NCBI GenBank assembly: GCA_044224215.1
Contig: JBGAKX010000005.1
Coordinates: forward strand, 7,350 to 71,349
Length of the DNA: 64,000 bases
Source of the DNA: Blastocatellia bacterium
GTDB taxonomy: Bacteria > Acidobacteriota > Blastocatellia > UBA7656 > JADIYM01
Direction: 5' to 3'
Both the position numbers and the translations under genes were made by a program. Positions within the stretch are counted from its first letter, which is position 1. Each line of letters starts with the position of its first letter. The notes below the pieces were generated by a model. That model was not told where the DNA came from. It did not search any database and saw nothing but the letters and a program-made list of their open reading frames with translations. Below, piece after piece: positions 24,547 to 35,552 of the stretch.

Positions 24547-25902
24547 CTAGTCGTTCGAGTATTCGTCGAGCTTTCGGTAGAGCGTCTTCCGGTCGAGTCC
24601 GAGCTGCTCAGCTGCACGCGTCTTATTCCCGCCTGTATCGTCCAGCGTTTGCAGGATGTACTCTCGCTCGAGCTCCCGTAAGGAGAGGCTCCGTTCGCGT
24701 GCACGCGCCACAATGGCCGAAGCCATTCCGGTCGACCATATCCTCTCGGGCAGGTCCTCGGGCGAAAGGACTGCACCGCGCGCAAGAGCGACCGCACGCT
24801 GGACGGCGTTTTCGAGCTCGCGCACGTTGCCTGGCCACGAGTATGCGGTCAGAATCGCAAGTGTCGAAGGCGCCACGTCAAGCGGCGGCCGCCCTGCGGC
24901 CTCGCACACGCGCGTCAGAAAGTGCTCGACGAGCAATGGAATGTCGATCGGCCGCTCACGCAATGGCGGAACACGCACGTGGATGACGTTCAGCCTCCAG
25001 TAGAGGTCCTCGCGGAATTCACCGAGTCGCACCTGCTCATCGAGATCGCGGTTCGTCGCTGCGACGATGCGGACATCGACTTCACGCTCCCTGTCGGCGC
25101 CAACGCGACGAACCGCACCATCCTGCAACGCGCGAAGGAGCTTTGGCTGGAACCCGAGCGGGATGTCGCCGACCTCATCGAGGAACAAAGTCCCGCCATT
25201 CGCTGCCTCGAACAGCCCCGCGCGGGACTGACGAGCTCCTGTGAATGCCCCGCCTGTGTGCCCGAACAACTCCGATTCGATCAGATCTGCAGGTATGGCC
25301 GCACAATTGACAGGCACGAACGCACCACGCCGTTCGGACGTCTCATGGATGGCGCGCGCCACGAGTTCCTTACCGGTTCCCGACTCGCCCGTTATCAGGA
25401 TGGTACTCGTGCTGCGACCTGCCCGGTCGACGAGATCGAACAGTTCCCGCATTGTGCGTGATGCGCCGACGATGCAGGCCGGAGCGTGCGGAACCTCGCG
25501 GCGAAGGCGAGCCTGCTCTCGTTGCGGTGCGCTCGACTCGAGAGCCGCTTCTACTGCACCAAGCAGATCGCCAGTCTCGAACGGCTTGATGAGGTACTGG
25601 AATGCTCCGGACTTGACCATCTCGACGGCGTGCTCCACGGACCCAAAAGCGGTGATCGCTATGACCGGGACTTCAGGTCGAGTCTTCAACACTGCCGCGA
25701 GCACGTCGGACGCGGTCGCTCCGGGCATTCGCACGTCCGATACGATGAGGTCTATGTGCGTTTGTTGCTGGCCAATGCGCACCAGTGCGTCGGTTCCGTC
25801 AACCGCGACCATCGTGTCATAGCCCGATTCCTCGAGAACATCCACCAGCAGATCCCGCATATCGGCGTCGTCTTCAGCGACGAGCAACCGCGCCTTGCTC
25901 AC
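24547..25902 (-). CDS. Sigma-54-dependent Fis-family response regulator (NtrC-like: REC + AAA+ + HTH)
   Basis: REC domain (LLVAEDD...[11 protein letters not shown]). Walker [15 protein letters not shown] motif, and a C-terminal Fis-type HTH. Confidence 0.9.
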   Translation of the reverse strand: MSKARLLVAEDDADMRDLLVDVLEESGYDTMVAVDGTDALVRIGQQQTHIDLIVSDVRMPGATASDVLAAVLKTRPEVPVIAITAFGSVEHAVEMVKSGAFQYLIKPFETGDLLGAVEAALESSAPQREQARLRREVPHAPACIVGASRTMRELFDLVDRAGRSTSTILITGESGTGKELVARAIHETSERRGAFVPVNCAAIPADLIESELFGHTGGAFTGARQSRAGLFEAANGGTLFLDEVGDIPLGFQPKLLRALQDGAVRRVGADREREVDVRIVAATNRDLDEQVRLGEFREDLYWRLNVIHVRVPPLRERPIDIPLLVEHFLTRVCEAAGRPPLDVAPSTLAILTAYSWPGNVRELENAVQRAVALARGAVLSPEDLPERIWSTGMASAIVARARERSLSLRELEREYILQTLDDTGGNKTRAAEQLGLDRKTLYRKLDEYSND

Positions 25903-27391
25903 CTAATACCTCCTTATCCACGGACGGGCTCTTCGTATTGCTCTCCGCCGACCCTGCAAGCGGAATCTGGATCGTAAAGACTGCGCCCCCGGCAGAGGGG
26001 CGCGAGACAAGAATCCTGCCGCCGTGGTCCTCGACGACACGGCGCGAAACGCTGAGACCGAGTCCGGTGCCACGGCCGACGTCCTTCGTTGTAAAGAACG
26101 GTTCGAAAATGTGCTCGATGTGCTCCGGCAGAATGCCATGCCCGGTGTCTTCGATCCGCACGGCTGCAGAACCGGAATGCTCGGATACATCGACTTTGAG
26201 CGTTCCCCCGTCAGGCATCGCCTGGACAGCGTTCATGCATATGTTGAGGAGCACTTGCTGCAAAAGGTCGGCATCCGCGTCTACGACGACATGTCCCGCC
26301 GTGCTGAAATTGACGCTGATTCCAGCAGTTGATGTCTCGGTGCTGAGCAATTCGCAGACGCCCGAAGCGAGTGCGGAGAGGTCGACAGGTACGATCCGCA
26401 TCGAATACGGTCGGGCCAAATCGAGGAGCTGGCGGACGATTCGCACAATCCGATGAGTCTGGTTGCGAATGATAGTGAGGTTGCGCTGGCGCTGATCGAG
26501 CGGGGCGTCAGGTTTGGCAAGAAGTTGCTCGGCGCGGCCGTCGATCACATTCAGCGGCGCTCCCACCTCGTGAGCCACGCCCGCAGCCAGTCGGCCGACG
26601 AGCGCAAGTCGCTCGTTGTGGCGAAACTCGCGCTCGAGTGCGAGGCGCTCATCGGCCTCACGTGCAACCTCGAGTCGCTGTTCCTCGAGCCGACTCACCA
26701 TCCGGTTGAATTCGGCAGCAAGTTCGCCAAATTCGCTTCCCCACGCAGGAAGCGCCACGCGATGTGACAGGTCTCCACTCCCGAGGGCCCGCGCACCCGC
26801 AAGCAGCGATCGGATGGGACGCGCCACGTTCCGACGAGCGACAAAGTACACCACAATAAATATCGTCACGATGAGCAAAAAGGTCGTCGCAGCGACATTC
26901 AGCTGTGCTTGTGCGATATCGGCTTTCACGAACGTCAGAACTTCGATGATCTCAAATGCGCCGCGCCGTCCGGCTCCAAGATCGAGCGGCATCGTCACCG
27001 ACAGGAAGTCAACACCGTTGATCGTGCGAATTCGCTCGATCGTGGCACCCGTCTCGATGACCCTCTCAACATCTGGTGAGTTGCCAAATTCGCCTCCAGC
27101 AAGAGCACTGGGTGTCGCCTCCACATTCCCGTGCTCGTCGTAGAGAACCACGCCCTCGATCTTGAGATTCTCGCTCAGCCGATCGATGAGTCGTTTCGCA
27201 TCGTCAATCCGCCCAGCTCGGTAATCATTGTCGAGCGCGAGTTGCAGTGTTATCGCATGTGCCATCGCCTCGCTGCGCCGGTGCGACATGAGTGCCGAGG
27301 CCTGTCTGTGCACAAGAACATAGCCCGCCGCACCCATGATGGCGCCGACAGCGAGTGTGAGGACAATTACTAACCGCGTGCTTATGCTCAT
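25874..27391 (-). CDS. Sensor histidine kinase (periplasmic sensor, HAMP, HisKA, HATPase_c), cognate partner of the sigma-54 regulator
   Basis: Start ATG at 27391 ([22 protein letters not shown] helix). H-box [16 protein letters not shown] boxes ([22 protein letters not shown]). It overlaps the regulator gene by 29 nt. The ORF-track extension to 27673 was rejected. Confidence 0.8.
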   Translation of the reverse strand: MSISTRLVIVLTLAVGAIMGAAGYVLVHRQASALMSHRRSEAMAHAITLQLALDNDYRAGRIDDAKRLIDRLSENLKIEGVVLYDEHGNVEATPSALAGGEFGNSPDVERVIETGATIERIRTINGVDFLSVTMPLDLGAGRRGAFEIIEVLTFVKADIAQAQLNVAATTFLLIVTIFIVVYFVARRNVARPIRSLLAGARALGSGDLSHRVALPAWGSEFGELAAEFNRMVSRLEEQRLEVAREADERLALEREFRHNERLALVGRLAAGVAHEVGAPLNVIDGRAEQLLAKPDAPLDQRQRNLTIIRNQTHRIVRIVRQLLDLARPYSMRIVPVDLSALASGVCELLSTETSTAGISVNFSTAGHVVVDADADLLQQVLLNICMNAVQAMPDGGTLKVDVSEHSGSAAVRIEDTGHGILPEHIEHIFEPFFTTKDVGRGTGLGLSVSRRVVEDHGGRILVSRPSAGGAVFTIQIPLAGSAESNTKSPSVDKEVLGEQGAVARR

Positions 27392-27782
27392 GCCATTGCC
27401 GTTGCTCGGTATCACGGAGCAAGTTGGCTGCCATTCGGCGGAGCGGCGCTCGTTCGACCGGCCAACAACATGAAATGACAGCCGCGAGCAGCGCCCGAAC
27501 GTGTTCTGTGTCCTGCGTACCGTGGAATTATGCGACATCGTTGTCGCATTTCGCCACGGCATCCGGTTCGAGGTGCTCGCGCAGCGATACGTTGGTAGCC
27601 GAATGGATCCCCTGCGAACGCCGTATCCTGGCCTTGCGGAGGCAGGGCAGGCCGAACGGGCGCACGCGCACACCGGGTTACGATCAAGACCGTCGGCTCA
27701 TGCACTTGTTCTGCGCGATTCGACACGGTAGCGTTCGCTCGAGTTGAGCCTCGGCACTCGATTCGCAGGACTCACCGACACA

Positions 27783-29354
27783 ATGAGCGAAACGCACCAC
27801 GTTGTCATCGTCCTCATCGGATTGCTCCTCGTTGCCTCGGGCGTGGCAATGGCGACGAGGTGGCTCCGCGTTCCATATACGTTGCTTCTCGTCGTGGTCG
27901 GTCTTGTCATCTCACCGATGCACTTCTTGCCGGTCGTGCATATCTCACCTGATCTGATCCTCCTCGTTTTCCTGCCTGCACTCCTGTTCGAGGCGGCATG
28001 GAATCTGAAGCTCGATCACCTGCGTGCAAACCTCGTTCCCATTCTCACGCTGGCACTTGCCGGTGTCGTTGTGTCGGTGGGAGTCGTGGCCGTGGTCCTT
28101 CACTATGCTGCCGGACTCACGTATCCAACGGCGCTGCTTTTTGGCGCGATGATCTCGGCGACAGATCCCGTGTCGGTGCTTGCGATCTTCAAGAAGCTCA
28201 ACCTGCCGGCACGGCTGTCGAGCGTGGTCGAAGGAGAAAGCCTGTTCAACGACGGAACGGCGGTTGTGGTGTTTCGAATCATTCTCGGTGTAGTCCTTGG
28301 CGTGGTGTCCGATTCGGGTGTCGCTATCGCGTTTTCATCGGTTCGTGAATTCGTGCTCGTCGTCTTCGGTGGCCTTGCGATAGGCGCTGCCGTGGGAGTC
28401 GTGGCATCCACGCTGACGTCGAGATTCGAGGATTATCTGCTCGAGATCACGCTGACCACCGTCGCCGCATACGGTTCGTATTTCGCGGCAGAAACCATCG
28501 GCGTGTCGCCCGTGATCTCTGTACTGGTCGCAGGTCTTGTCATCGGCAACTACGGTCGACGCATCGGGATGTCGGCAACGACGCAGATTGCCGTGAACTC
28601 GTTCTGGGAGTATGCAGCCTTTGTTGTGAACTCGCTGGTGTTCCTTCTGATTGGGCTCGAGGTGCAGCTCTCGTCACTTGCGTCGGACGGGCTGGCGATC
28701 GCCTGCGGGATCGCGGCGATGCTCGCAGGACGAGCCGTGGCCGTTTACACGCTCATGCCGGTCGTCAACAGGTTTACGCAACCCGCACCATGGTCCTGGC
28801 AGCATGTGTTGTTCTGGGGCGGACTTCGGGGTTCGCTCTCGATCGCCCTCGCGTTGAGCCTTCCGCTTACGGTCGCCGACCGGCCCCTGCTCGTGACGAT
28901 GACCTTTGGGGCAGTTCTATTCAGCCTTCTCGCGCAGGGATTGACGATGCGGCCACTGCTGCGGCGTCTCGGTTTCACGAGTGTGGATCGAGGTTGCGAA
29001 GAGCTGGAATTGCTGCAGGCGGCGTTGCTGGTCGAGACGTCTGCGCGAGCGGAGCTTGAATCCCTGAGAGATCGTGGAGGTTTGACAGATACCCTCTATC
29101 GCAAACTTCAAGGCAGTCTCGCAGCTGCGCGCGACGAGCTTCATGCTCGACTCGCGGTACTCGACGTGGAGAACAGCGTGCTCGAGCGCGAACAGGAGCA
29201 GCGAATTCTCGACCACCTCGGCGACATACGGCGGGCACGCCTCGCTGAGCTTGTCCGTGAAGGACTTGTCGCTGAACGAACCTACGAACACCTGCGACGA
29301 CAGCTCGATGACGACATGGGCGAACGAAAGAACCAGAGTACCTCGGAACAGTGA
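27783..29354 (+). CDS. Na+/H+ antiporter, CPA1 (NhaP-type) family with C-terminal cytoplasmic regulatory domain
   Basis: About 12 TM helices with CPA1 motifs (FLPALLFEAAWNL, ATDPVSV). The start is taken at ATG 27783 (MSETHHVVIVLIGLLL). Confidence 0.85.
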   Translation: MSETHHVVIVLIGLLLVASGVAMATRWLRVPYTLLLVVVGLVISPMHFLPVVHISPDLILLVFLPALLFEAAWNLKLDHLRANLVPILTLALAGVVVSVGVVAVVLHYAAGLTYPTALLFGAMISATDPVSVLAIFKKLNLPARLSSVVEGESLFNDGTAVVVFRIILGVVLGVVSDSGVAIAFSSVREFVLVVFGGLAIGAAVGVVASTLTSRFEDYLLEITLTTVAAYGSYFAAETIGVSPVISVLVAGLVIGNYGRRIGMSATTQIAVNSFWEYAAFVVNSLVFLLIGLEVQLSSLASDGLAIACGIAAMLAGRAVAVYTLMPVVNRFTQPAPWSWQHVLFWGGLRGSLSIALALSLPLTVADRPLLVTMTFGAVLFSLLAQGLTMRPLLRRLGFTSVDRGCEELELLQAALLVETSARAELESLRDRGGLTDTLYRKLQGSLAAARDELHARLAVLDVENSVLEREQEQRILDHLGDIRRARLAELVREGLVAERTYEHLRRQLDDDMGERKNQSTSEQ

Positions 29355-29385
29355 CGCTCCGATCATTTGGCATTGGGACCAGCAG

Positions 29386-29874
29386 TCAGAGCCTCTGCAT
29401 CGTGATCAGAACCATCGGGTTGTCTCCGCCCACGCGACTGTAGACGATGGAGTATCCTTCGTCCGGGCTCTCCAGGGTGCCCGACCCCGATCCGTCTTCC
29501 GCAAGCCGGATCGATGTCCCGAGAACCGCCTCGGGTGCCGGCGCTCCGCTGTCGTCCCCGAAGAATGTCGACACGATTGCTCGCGCGCGACCGTCGGCAG
29601 CGTAGTACACACGGATCCGCCTCGTAGCGGACAACTTGAAGAGCTCCAGTTCGTCATCCTTGAGATCGGACTTACCGATGAGCTTGCGAACCTCTTGAGA
29701 CGTCATTCCGAGCTGGATACCCCGGAACACCCCGGTCAGAATGCTGGAACGTTCCACCTGGATCTGGTCATTCTGTGTCGGCAGCGCTGCGAGCGCCGAA
29801 ACGTTGACCTGCAGGGCGATGAGTGCGAACGCTGCCAACCCGGCGATACTGGCGATCCTCATCCGTTGTTTCAT
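29386..29874 (-). CDS. Hypothetical secreted protein (signal peptide, 162 aa)
   Basis: Start ATG at 29874 gives MKQRMRIASIAGLAAFALIALQVNVSALA. No recognisable domain. The ORF-track upstream extension was rejected. Confidence 0.4.
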   Translation of the reverse strand: MKQRMRIASIAGLAAFALIALQVNVSALAALPTQNDQIQVERSSILTGVFRGIQLGMTSQEVRKLIGKSDLKDDELELFKLSATRRIRVYYAADGRARAIVSTFFGDDSGAPAPEAVLGTSIRLAEDGSGSGTLESPDEGYSIVYSRVGGDNPMVLITMQRL

Positions 29875-29888
29875 GACGTGTCCTCCGT

Positions 29889-30185
29889 TCACTCGCTCGC
29901 CAAGCGCGGATCGTCGCCCGTGTCCTCGTCTGAAGATGCCCAGTGGATATTGCGTGACTGCCGTGTTACGACCTCGGGTGTCGCGGCCTCGCGACGACGT
30001 CGTGAAAACGCCACCGGAGCAGCGTTCTTCGCGATGAACACGTGGCGACACGACCGGCAAATGAGCTGATCGCCCGGCCTGGCGTGACTCAGCCAGAATT
30101 GTGTGCACGATGGGCACTGGATGACGCGGACGGTGCTGGCGCCCTCGTTGGCAGCTGGTTTTATCGGAATTTTGTTACGAATCAT
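29889..30185 (-). CDS. Hypothetical zinc-ribbon protein (CPSC...CRSC), 98 aa
   Basis: C-x2-C-x18-C-x2-C (VIQCPSCTQ...LICRSCRH). It ends 15 nt upstream of the secreted-protein start. Low confidence. Confidence 0.3.
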   Translation of the reverse strand: MIRNKIPIKPAANEGASTVRVIQCPSCTQFWLSHARPGDQLICRSCRHVFIAKNAAPVAFSRRRREAATPEVVTRQSRNIHWASSDEDTGDDPRLASE

Positions 30186-30399
30186 CACACCGTGTAGTTT
30201 GCAATCTCCATACCATTGTCGGATTGACGACGCGTCATCCACGGCGCAGGATGCCAGATTGCGGTCGGTCGAGGCGGATGCGCTCAGGTACGTCGTCGTG
30301 CCCGCGCGTATCTCCTCGGAGCGAACACCAACGCCAGTAACGCGGCACATCTCGCCCTGCGCGACCTGCATCCGCCGCGAACGGCTTGCAGGAATCGCG

Positions 30400-32817
30400 C
30401 TACGTACGTTCGACGTGATCCTGCATGCCGCCGACTGAATTCGCGAGCGGCCGAAACTGCAGGGAGTAGAACATCTTCAGATATCGGTCTGTCTGCACTC
30501 TGTCCAAGTCGCTTGTGAATTTCCAGAATCCATAGATTCGAGAAAGCGTCATCAGCCGCTCCGCGTATCGCTTCCACGTGTATCGCTCTTCAACACGGGA
30601 AAGCGCCGACGACGAAACCTGTCGCCAGACTGATGGATCATCGGATGCCCGTTCCAGGAACTCCGCGATTCTGTTGGCAGCAGCCATTCCATCGTTCGGG
30701 TCGATGTGGAATCCCGACACGCCGTCGCGGATGATCTCGCGCGGACCACCGTACCGCGTCGCGAATGTGGGGAGACCTGACGACATCGCCTCGATGATCG
30801 TCAAACCGAAAGCCTCGAAGAGTGCGGGCTGTACAAAGACACCACGGGCGTCGGCGACGGTCCTGTAGAGTTCACCCGCAAGGTTGCGGTCGAGGCGGGC
30901 ACTCAGCCACCGCACCCCGCCATCGAGGTTGAATTGATCCATGAGAGCGTGCATCCGGTCGATCTCTGCCCGCTCCTCGCGGTCCGTCGACAGGTTCCGG
31001 TCGACGTGGCCGCCGATGATAAACAGGTTTGCGACACGCCGCAGACGCTCACTCATGGCGAACCACTCGACGAGCCCTGTCAGGTTCTTGACGCGATCGA
31101 GCCGCGCCATGGTGAAGACAAGGGTCTTGGCTCGATCTTCCAGCACGCCCCGAGAATCCGCGCGCTGACCACCGTAGACCATGTCTTCAATCTGTGACTC
31201 GAGCCCCTTGAGTCGCGAGTCGGAGTCAGCGTACGAGAAATAAACGTCCGGATCCGCTCCGGGTGAAACGATGTTGAACCTGGGGTCGAACACATCGATG
31301 CCGTCGACAACCCTGTAGAGCCCGGGCATCGTGTACGACTGGTAGCTCTCATACTGTCCAACGCTGTACTCGCCACCGGCGATCTCCTGGTACGTGCTCG
31401 TGATGATGAAGTCAGCCGCATTCATCGCGATCAGATCCGCCGTGTATTGACATGAAAAGTGGTACTTCGACTCGTGCTCTTGCCAGTAGATCGCCGACAG
31501 CAGGTACTTGGTCTTTTCGAGCGCGTGCGCAATGTTGCACTGCGTCACGCCAAGCCGACGGCTGAGCAGTGTCGCGACGAGATTGCCGTCCGAGTAGTTT
31601 CCAATGATGAGATCCGGTCGCCCTCTGAACTCGGCGACGACCTCCCGCTCGACCTCGGCGGCAAAACCCTCGAGAAAGGGCCAGATGTCAAAGCGCGAGA
31701 TCCACTGGCGTACGACCTCGCCGCTGTCGCTCCGGAAGGGAACGCGCAGAATCCATGAGTTGCTGCACCCGCGAATGCGCTCGAGTCGCTCGTCGCACGT
31801 TGTCTCTCCGGCATCGGGGATAAGGCGCGTGACAACAAGTATCGTAGGCTCAACCTCGACTCCCTGGACGTGCAATCGATCGCGCATCTCGCACTCGAGT
31901 GCTCGAACCTGGTCAAGAATGTAGACGACCTGACCGCCCGTGTCGGGCAACCCGAGAACATTGTCCTGCCCAAAGAAGCCGTGAGGCGACAGGATCAGGA
32001 TTCTCGAGATCATCGGAACCCGGGCGAGGAACGATTCGAGCGACATGGGCGACGGCGCCTCGAGGATGTCACGCAACAGGTTCATCGTGTCCATCGCTCG
32101 CCCAACCGTGTTCCCCCATCCTGCTGCAAATCCGATGCGAGCCATAGGTTCTGCGACATCTGACCATGGCGACTCGGGGACGAGCGGCTCGAGAAGTCCA
32201 ATCGCCTGACGCAGCGCCGTACGAAACGCGTCAACGCTTGAAAAACTCTTCGCAACGAGCAGCGTCTGGCCATCGATCGCGTGCAGTGTCAAGAATGTCA
32301 GGAGCCGCGCATGGCCCTCCTTCAGGTTCCTGAACATCTCGCTCGACAGTTGACGGTTCAGGAACTGGACACCGAGGCCGATCGACTCGGACTCCTGCAG
32401 TCGTGGATGGCCTTCCCTGAAGGGGCCAAAATCGACCTCGAGGGGCTCCGCTTTGGTGCGGCTCGGCGCGAGGTGCTCGCGGAAGGTGAGATACTCGGCG
32501 ACCGTCACCTCCTCGAGTACGAGGCTTTCGAGGTGAAACCTTACGTATTCCCAGCGCCCGATACGTTTGCGCACTGCCAGGTACGCCCACGGCTCACGAA
32601 ACGACCCGTCTTGCAGTTCACGCACGAACTGCGCGAGCGGCGAGGCTCGAAGTCCGTCGCCGTACTTCTGGCAGACATCTTCAAAGCCCTGCCGGAGATC
32701 AGACTGAAGCAGAAACGGCCGCTCCATACCGAAGTACGCGCGCATCAAGGCGTCGATGACGTTGCGATGCTCGCGCGCATACTCGATCAGATCATCACTC
32801 ACGGTTTTCCACGTCAA
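30400..32817 (-). CDS. Sucrose synthase (SuSy; UDP/ADP-glucose:fructose glucosyltransferase)
   Basis: About 805 aa, with the N-terminal SuSy-specific regulatory/EPBD region (TVAEYLTFREHLAP...). The GT-B catalytic part carries ...SPHGFFGQDNVLGLPDTGGQVVYILDQVRALE..., which is diagnostic of sucrose synthases. Confidence 0.85.
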   Translation of the reverse strand: MTWKTVSDDLIEYAREHRNVIDALMRAYFGMERPFLLQSDLRQGFEDVCQKYGDGLRASPLAQFVRELQDGSFREPWAYLAVRKRIGRWEYVRFHLESLVLEEVTVAEYLTFREHLAPSRTKAEPLEVDFGPFREGHPRLQESESIGLGVQFLNRQLSSEMFRNLKEGHARLLTFLTLHAIDGQTLLVAKSFSSVDAFRTALRQAIGLLEPLVPESPWSDVAEPMARIGFAAGWGNTVGRAMDTMNLLRDILEAPSPMSLESFLARVPMISRILILSPHGFFGQDNVLGLPDTGGQVVYILDQVRALECEMRDRLHVQGVEVEPTILVVTRLIPDAGETTCDERLERIRGCSNSWILRVPFRSDSGEVVRQWISRFDIWPFLEGFAAEVEREVVAEFRGRPDLIIGNYSDGNLVATLLSRRLGVTQCNIAHALEKTKYLLSAIYWQEHESKYHFSCQYTADLIAMNAADFIITSTYQEIAGGEYSVGQYESYQSYTMPGLYRVVDGIDVFDPRFNIVSPGADPDVYFSYADSDSRLKGLESQIEDMVYGGQRADSRGVLEDRAKTLVFTMARLDRVKNLTGLVEWFAMSERLRRVANLFIIGGHVDRNLSTDREERAEIDRMHALMDQFNLDGGVRWLSARLDRNLAGELYRTVADARGVFVQPALFEAFGLTIIEAMSSGLPTFATRYGGPREIIRDGVSGFHIDPNDGMAAANRIAEFLERASDDPSVWRQVSSSALSRVEERYTWKRYAERLMTLSRIYGFWKFTSDLDRVQTDRYLKMFYSLQFRPLANSVGGMQDHVERT

Positions 32818-32835
32818 CCGGCCACTTCAACCCGC

Positions 32836-35001
32836 TCAAGATCTTGGTGTGGCGGTCCTGGCAAGGTCCATCGGGGGCTTCGGAAGACCGCCTGCAAATT
32901 CATAGTGTGCGATTCCCTCGAGAATGCCGAGCGCCGCTCGCCCCTCGGCAAAGAATATGCGGTCGCGGCCCTCGAGCGCACGCAATTCAGAACTATAGCC
33001 GCCGACGACGACACCGCGAGTGTCGCCGACGAGCATTTCGATGTCGTTGCCCGAATCACCAGCAACGAGGAACGCATCGAGGGGGAGTCCCCATTTGTAT
33101 GCGAGATAACGGAGCGCGAGCCCCTTCGACGCGCGGATCGGGAGAACGTCGAGGTAGCGACCAGACGAGACGATCAAACGCGCCTGGAGCCCGCACGTCC
33201 GGAGCATTGCGGCAAGGTCGCGCACACTTGGCATTCGACCCGGGTCGATGTTGTAACTGAGCTTGAACTCGCGCTGATTCTCCGCAGCCTGGGGCTCGAG
33301 CCCCGGGAGCCCTCCAAGGGCGTTTTCAACGGCATCGCGTCGCCACCGGTGTCGGATGTGCTCCGCCCATCCGCCATCCTGTCGGAGGTCGGGACCGTAG
33401 TTGATCTCGCTGCCGACTGACGTAATCAGTACGTCCGGCGTGGGAACTCGCCAGCGGGCCAGCACTGCCGCGGCACTTTCAAGACTTCGGCCCGTGGCGA
33501 TGCCGAATGCCACCCGATCCGAACGATCAGCAATCCACTCGACGAGTTGGTCGAGCCCGTGCCGATTGCCTATCAACGTGTTGTCGATGTCAGATACCAG
33601 CGCGTTCGTGACGAGCGGCAATTGAGACGCGCTGTCGCGCTTGAGTGAGACACGGCCTCGACGGATGCGCTTTCGCTCACGCCGAAGGACCGCTTGCACG
33701 TTCTTCACATACTTCTCGACATGCGCGAACCACGTGTAGTGCGTTCGGACGCCTTTTACTCCGTTGCGCGACCATTGCCTCCATTGCTCCGGGTTCGAAA
33801 TGGCCGCCTCAAGAGCCTGTGCAATCGCCGACGGGTCGAGCGGATCAACAAGCAAACCGTTTCGACAGTTGTCGACGATGTCGCGCGGTCCGCCATCGTT
33901 CGTCGCGACGATCGGCAGACCGCTCGCCGCCGCCTCAATCAGCGTCAGTCCGAACGGCTCTGTAAGCGCGGGGTTCACGAAGACACCCCGCCGCCTCACG
34001 GCGAGCCGATAAATCCCCGCGAGTTCGCCCTGAGTGTGCTGCTTCGGGATCGCCACGCGTCCGTAGAGGTCATACCGATCGATGTCGAGCAGGAGATCCA
34101 TGTAGACGTCGCGCGGCGTCTCGTCGAGTTCACGGATGTCGACGCGGTTCCCGATGACAAGGACGAGGTTCGCCAGTTCGCGCAGACTCGGTGAACCGGC
34201 ATAGGCAGCTAGCAGGCGTCGAAGGTTTTTCCGGGCATCCGGTCTGCTGATCGCGAGAATCAATGGCTTGGCGGGCTCGCGCAGGAAACGATCGATGAGT
34301 CCCGCCGCGCGTTCCTCGGTCAGGTCGCGCTGCGGCGGCGAAAATCTCGTCACGTCCGTTCCCGGTGGTATCACAGCCGCTCGCCGACAGTCGAAATTTT
34401 CGTAGAGTCGATATTGATCCGTGATTTCCTGTCGCGTGCTCGTCACGACAAGCGACGCATGTGCGAGGACAGCCTCTTCGGCCGAGATTCGCCGTTCAAA
34501 GTTGTACTGACGATCAATGGTCGATTCGCGCCTTCCGGCTGCCACGAGCCGTGCCCGCTTGCATCGTCCGAGCGAATGGCCGGTGTGCACATGCGGTATG
34601 CCAAGCAGATACGAGAGTTTCCGAGCGACCTCGCCCGCGTCAGCGTAGTGCGAGTGGATAACGTCGGGGCGCCGTCCTCGCCGCCGGATGTGCAACAGGA
34701 TTCTGTCGACAAGTTGATCGTGATGCGGCCAGAGCAGTTCCTTGCGGATGTACCGACGTGGCCCGAACGGAAGGCGCCGGATCTGCGCGTTTGGTGCAAG
34801 CGCTTCAACAGGCACGGCGTAATCCGTTGAAACATTCGGGTCCTCGATGAGCCGGGTCACGAGCTCCACACGTTCGACGCCCGGATGTTGAGACAACGCA
34901 CGGGCAAGTTCCACGACGTAGGTCACCTGCCCGCCCGTGTCGGCATCGCGGCCAAGCTCAAGATCTGTGCCGCGAACAAGCCCGTGAAGGCTGAGCATCA
35001 T
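32836..35001 (-). CDS. Sucrose-phosphate synthase fused to a sucrose-phosphate phosphatase-like HAD domain (SPS/SPP)
   Basis: GT-B glucosyltransferase domain (LSLHGLVRG...DTGGQVTYVVELARAL) as in SPS. The C-terminal HAD domain carries DIDNTL (DxDxT) and GDSGND motifs as in SPP. Start ATG at 35001 (MMLSLHG). Confidence 0.85.
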   Translation of the reverse strand: MMLSLHGLVRGTDLELGRDADTGGQVTYVVELARALSQHPGVERVELVTRLIEDPNVSTDYAVPVEALAPNAQIRRLPFGPRRYIRKELLWPHHDQLVDRILLHIRRRGRRPDVIHSHYADAGEVARKLSYLLGIPHVHTGHSLGRCKRARLVAAGRRESTIDRQYNFERRISAEEAVLAHASLVVTSTRQEITDQYRLYENFDCRRAAVIPPGTDVTRFSPPQRDLTEERAAGLIDRFLREPAKPLILAISRPDARKNLRRLLAAYAGSPSLRELANLVLVIGNRVDIRELDETPRDVYMDLLLDIDRYDLYGRVAIPKQHTQGELAGIYRLAVRRRGVFVNPALTEPFGLTLIEAAASGLPIVATNDGGPRDIVDNCRNGLLVDPLDPSAIAQALEAAISNPEQWRQWSRNGVKGVRTHYTWFAHVEKYVKNVQAVLRRERKRIRRGRVSLKRDSASQLPLVTNALVSDIDNTLIGNRHGLDQLVEWIADRSDRVAFGIATGRSLESAAAVLARWRVPTPDVLITSVGSEINYGPDLRQDGGWAEHIRHRWRRDAVENALGGLPGLEPQAAENQREFKLSYNIDPGRMPSVRDLAAMLRTCGLQARLIVSSGRYLDVLPIRASKGLALRYLAYKWGLPLDAFLVAGDSGNDIEMLVGDTRGVVVGGYSSELRALEGRDRIFFAEGRAALGILEGIAHYEFAGGLPKPPMDLARTATPRS

Positions 35002-35552
35002 CACATCCAGTCGTCGCCCTTTCACGTGCTTTCCAACGACCTCGTTCGGTGTGAGGCACGACGTCGTGCTTCGCGACGAGCGGAATGTGGGAATGGACCC
35101 TCGCCAGCGCTGCGCTGGCATCCCGGCACGCCGAATCCGACATGCACGGCACGAACTCTGTTGATCCGTCCCGCGCTTTCTTGTTCATGCCCCAATTCAC
35201 TCTGGATGAGTGCAACTTGCGTTCCGCGCATCGAGCCGACGTGAAAGCAATGCGACACACGCGTGGACTCCGGCGCGCCGTGGCGAAATGGGGCAGGCCT
35301 GTCCCAAAACTCCACGACTGCGCTGTCTCGTGGGTCCGGCCCTACGGTGCTGTTGGACGATCCGGCACGTGCTCCAAGGATCGTCCGAGACCAGATCAAC
35401 GTCCTGCAACTTTCGATCCGACTCGCGGATCGGAACGCAGGCGCCGCACGAATCGCCACGACTTGTCCGTCAATGCGCAGACATTCGGTCACGGATGGTA
35501 CGGGGGTTGCGTAAGTCAGGACGGATTTCCAATTCCATGCCGCGCCAGTCGA

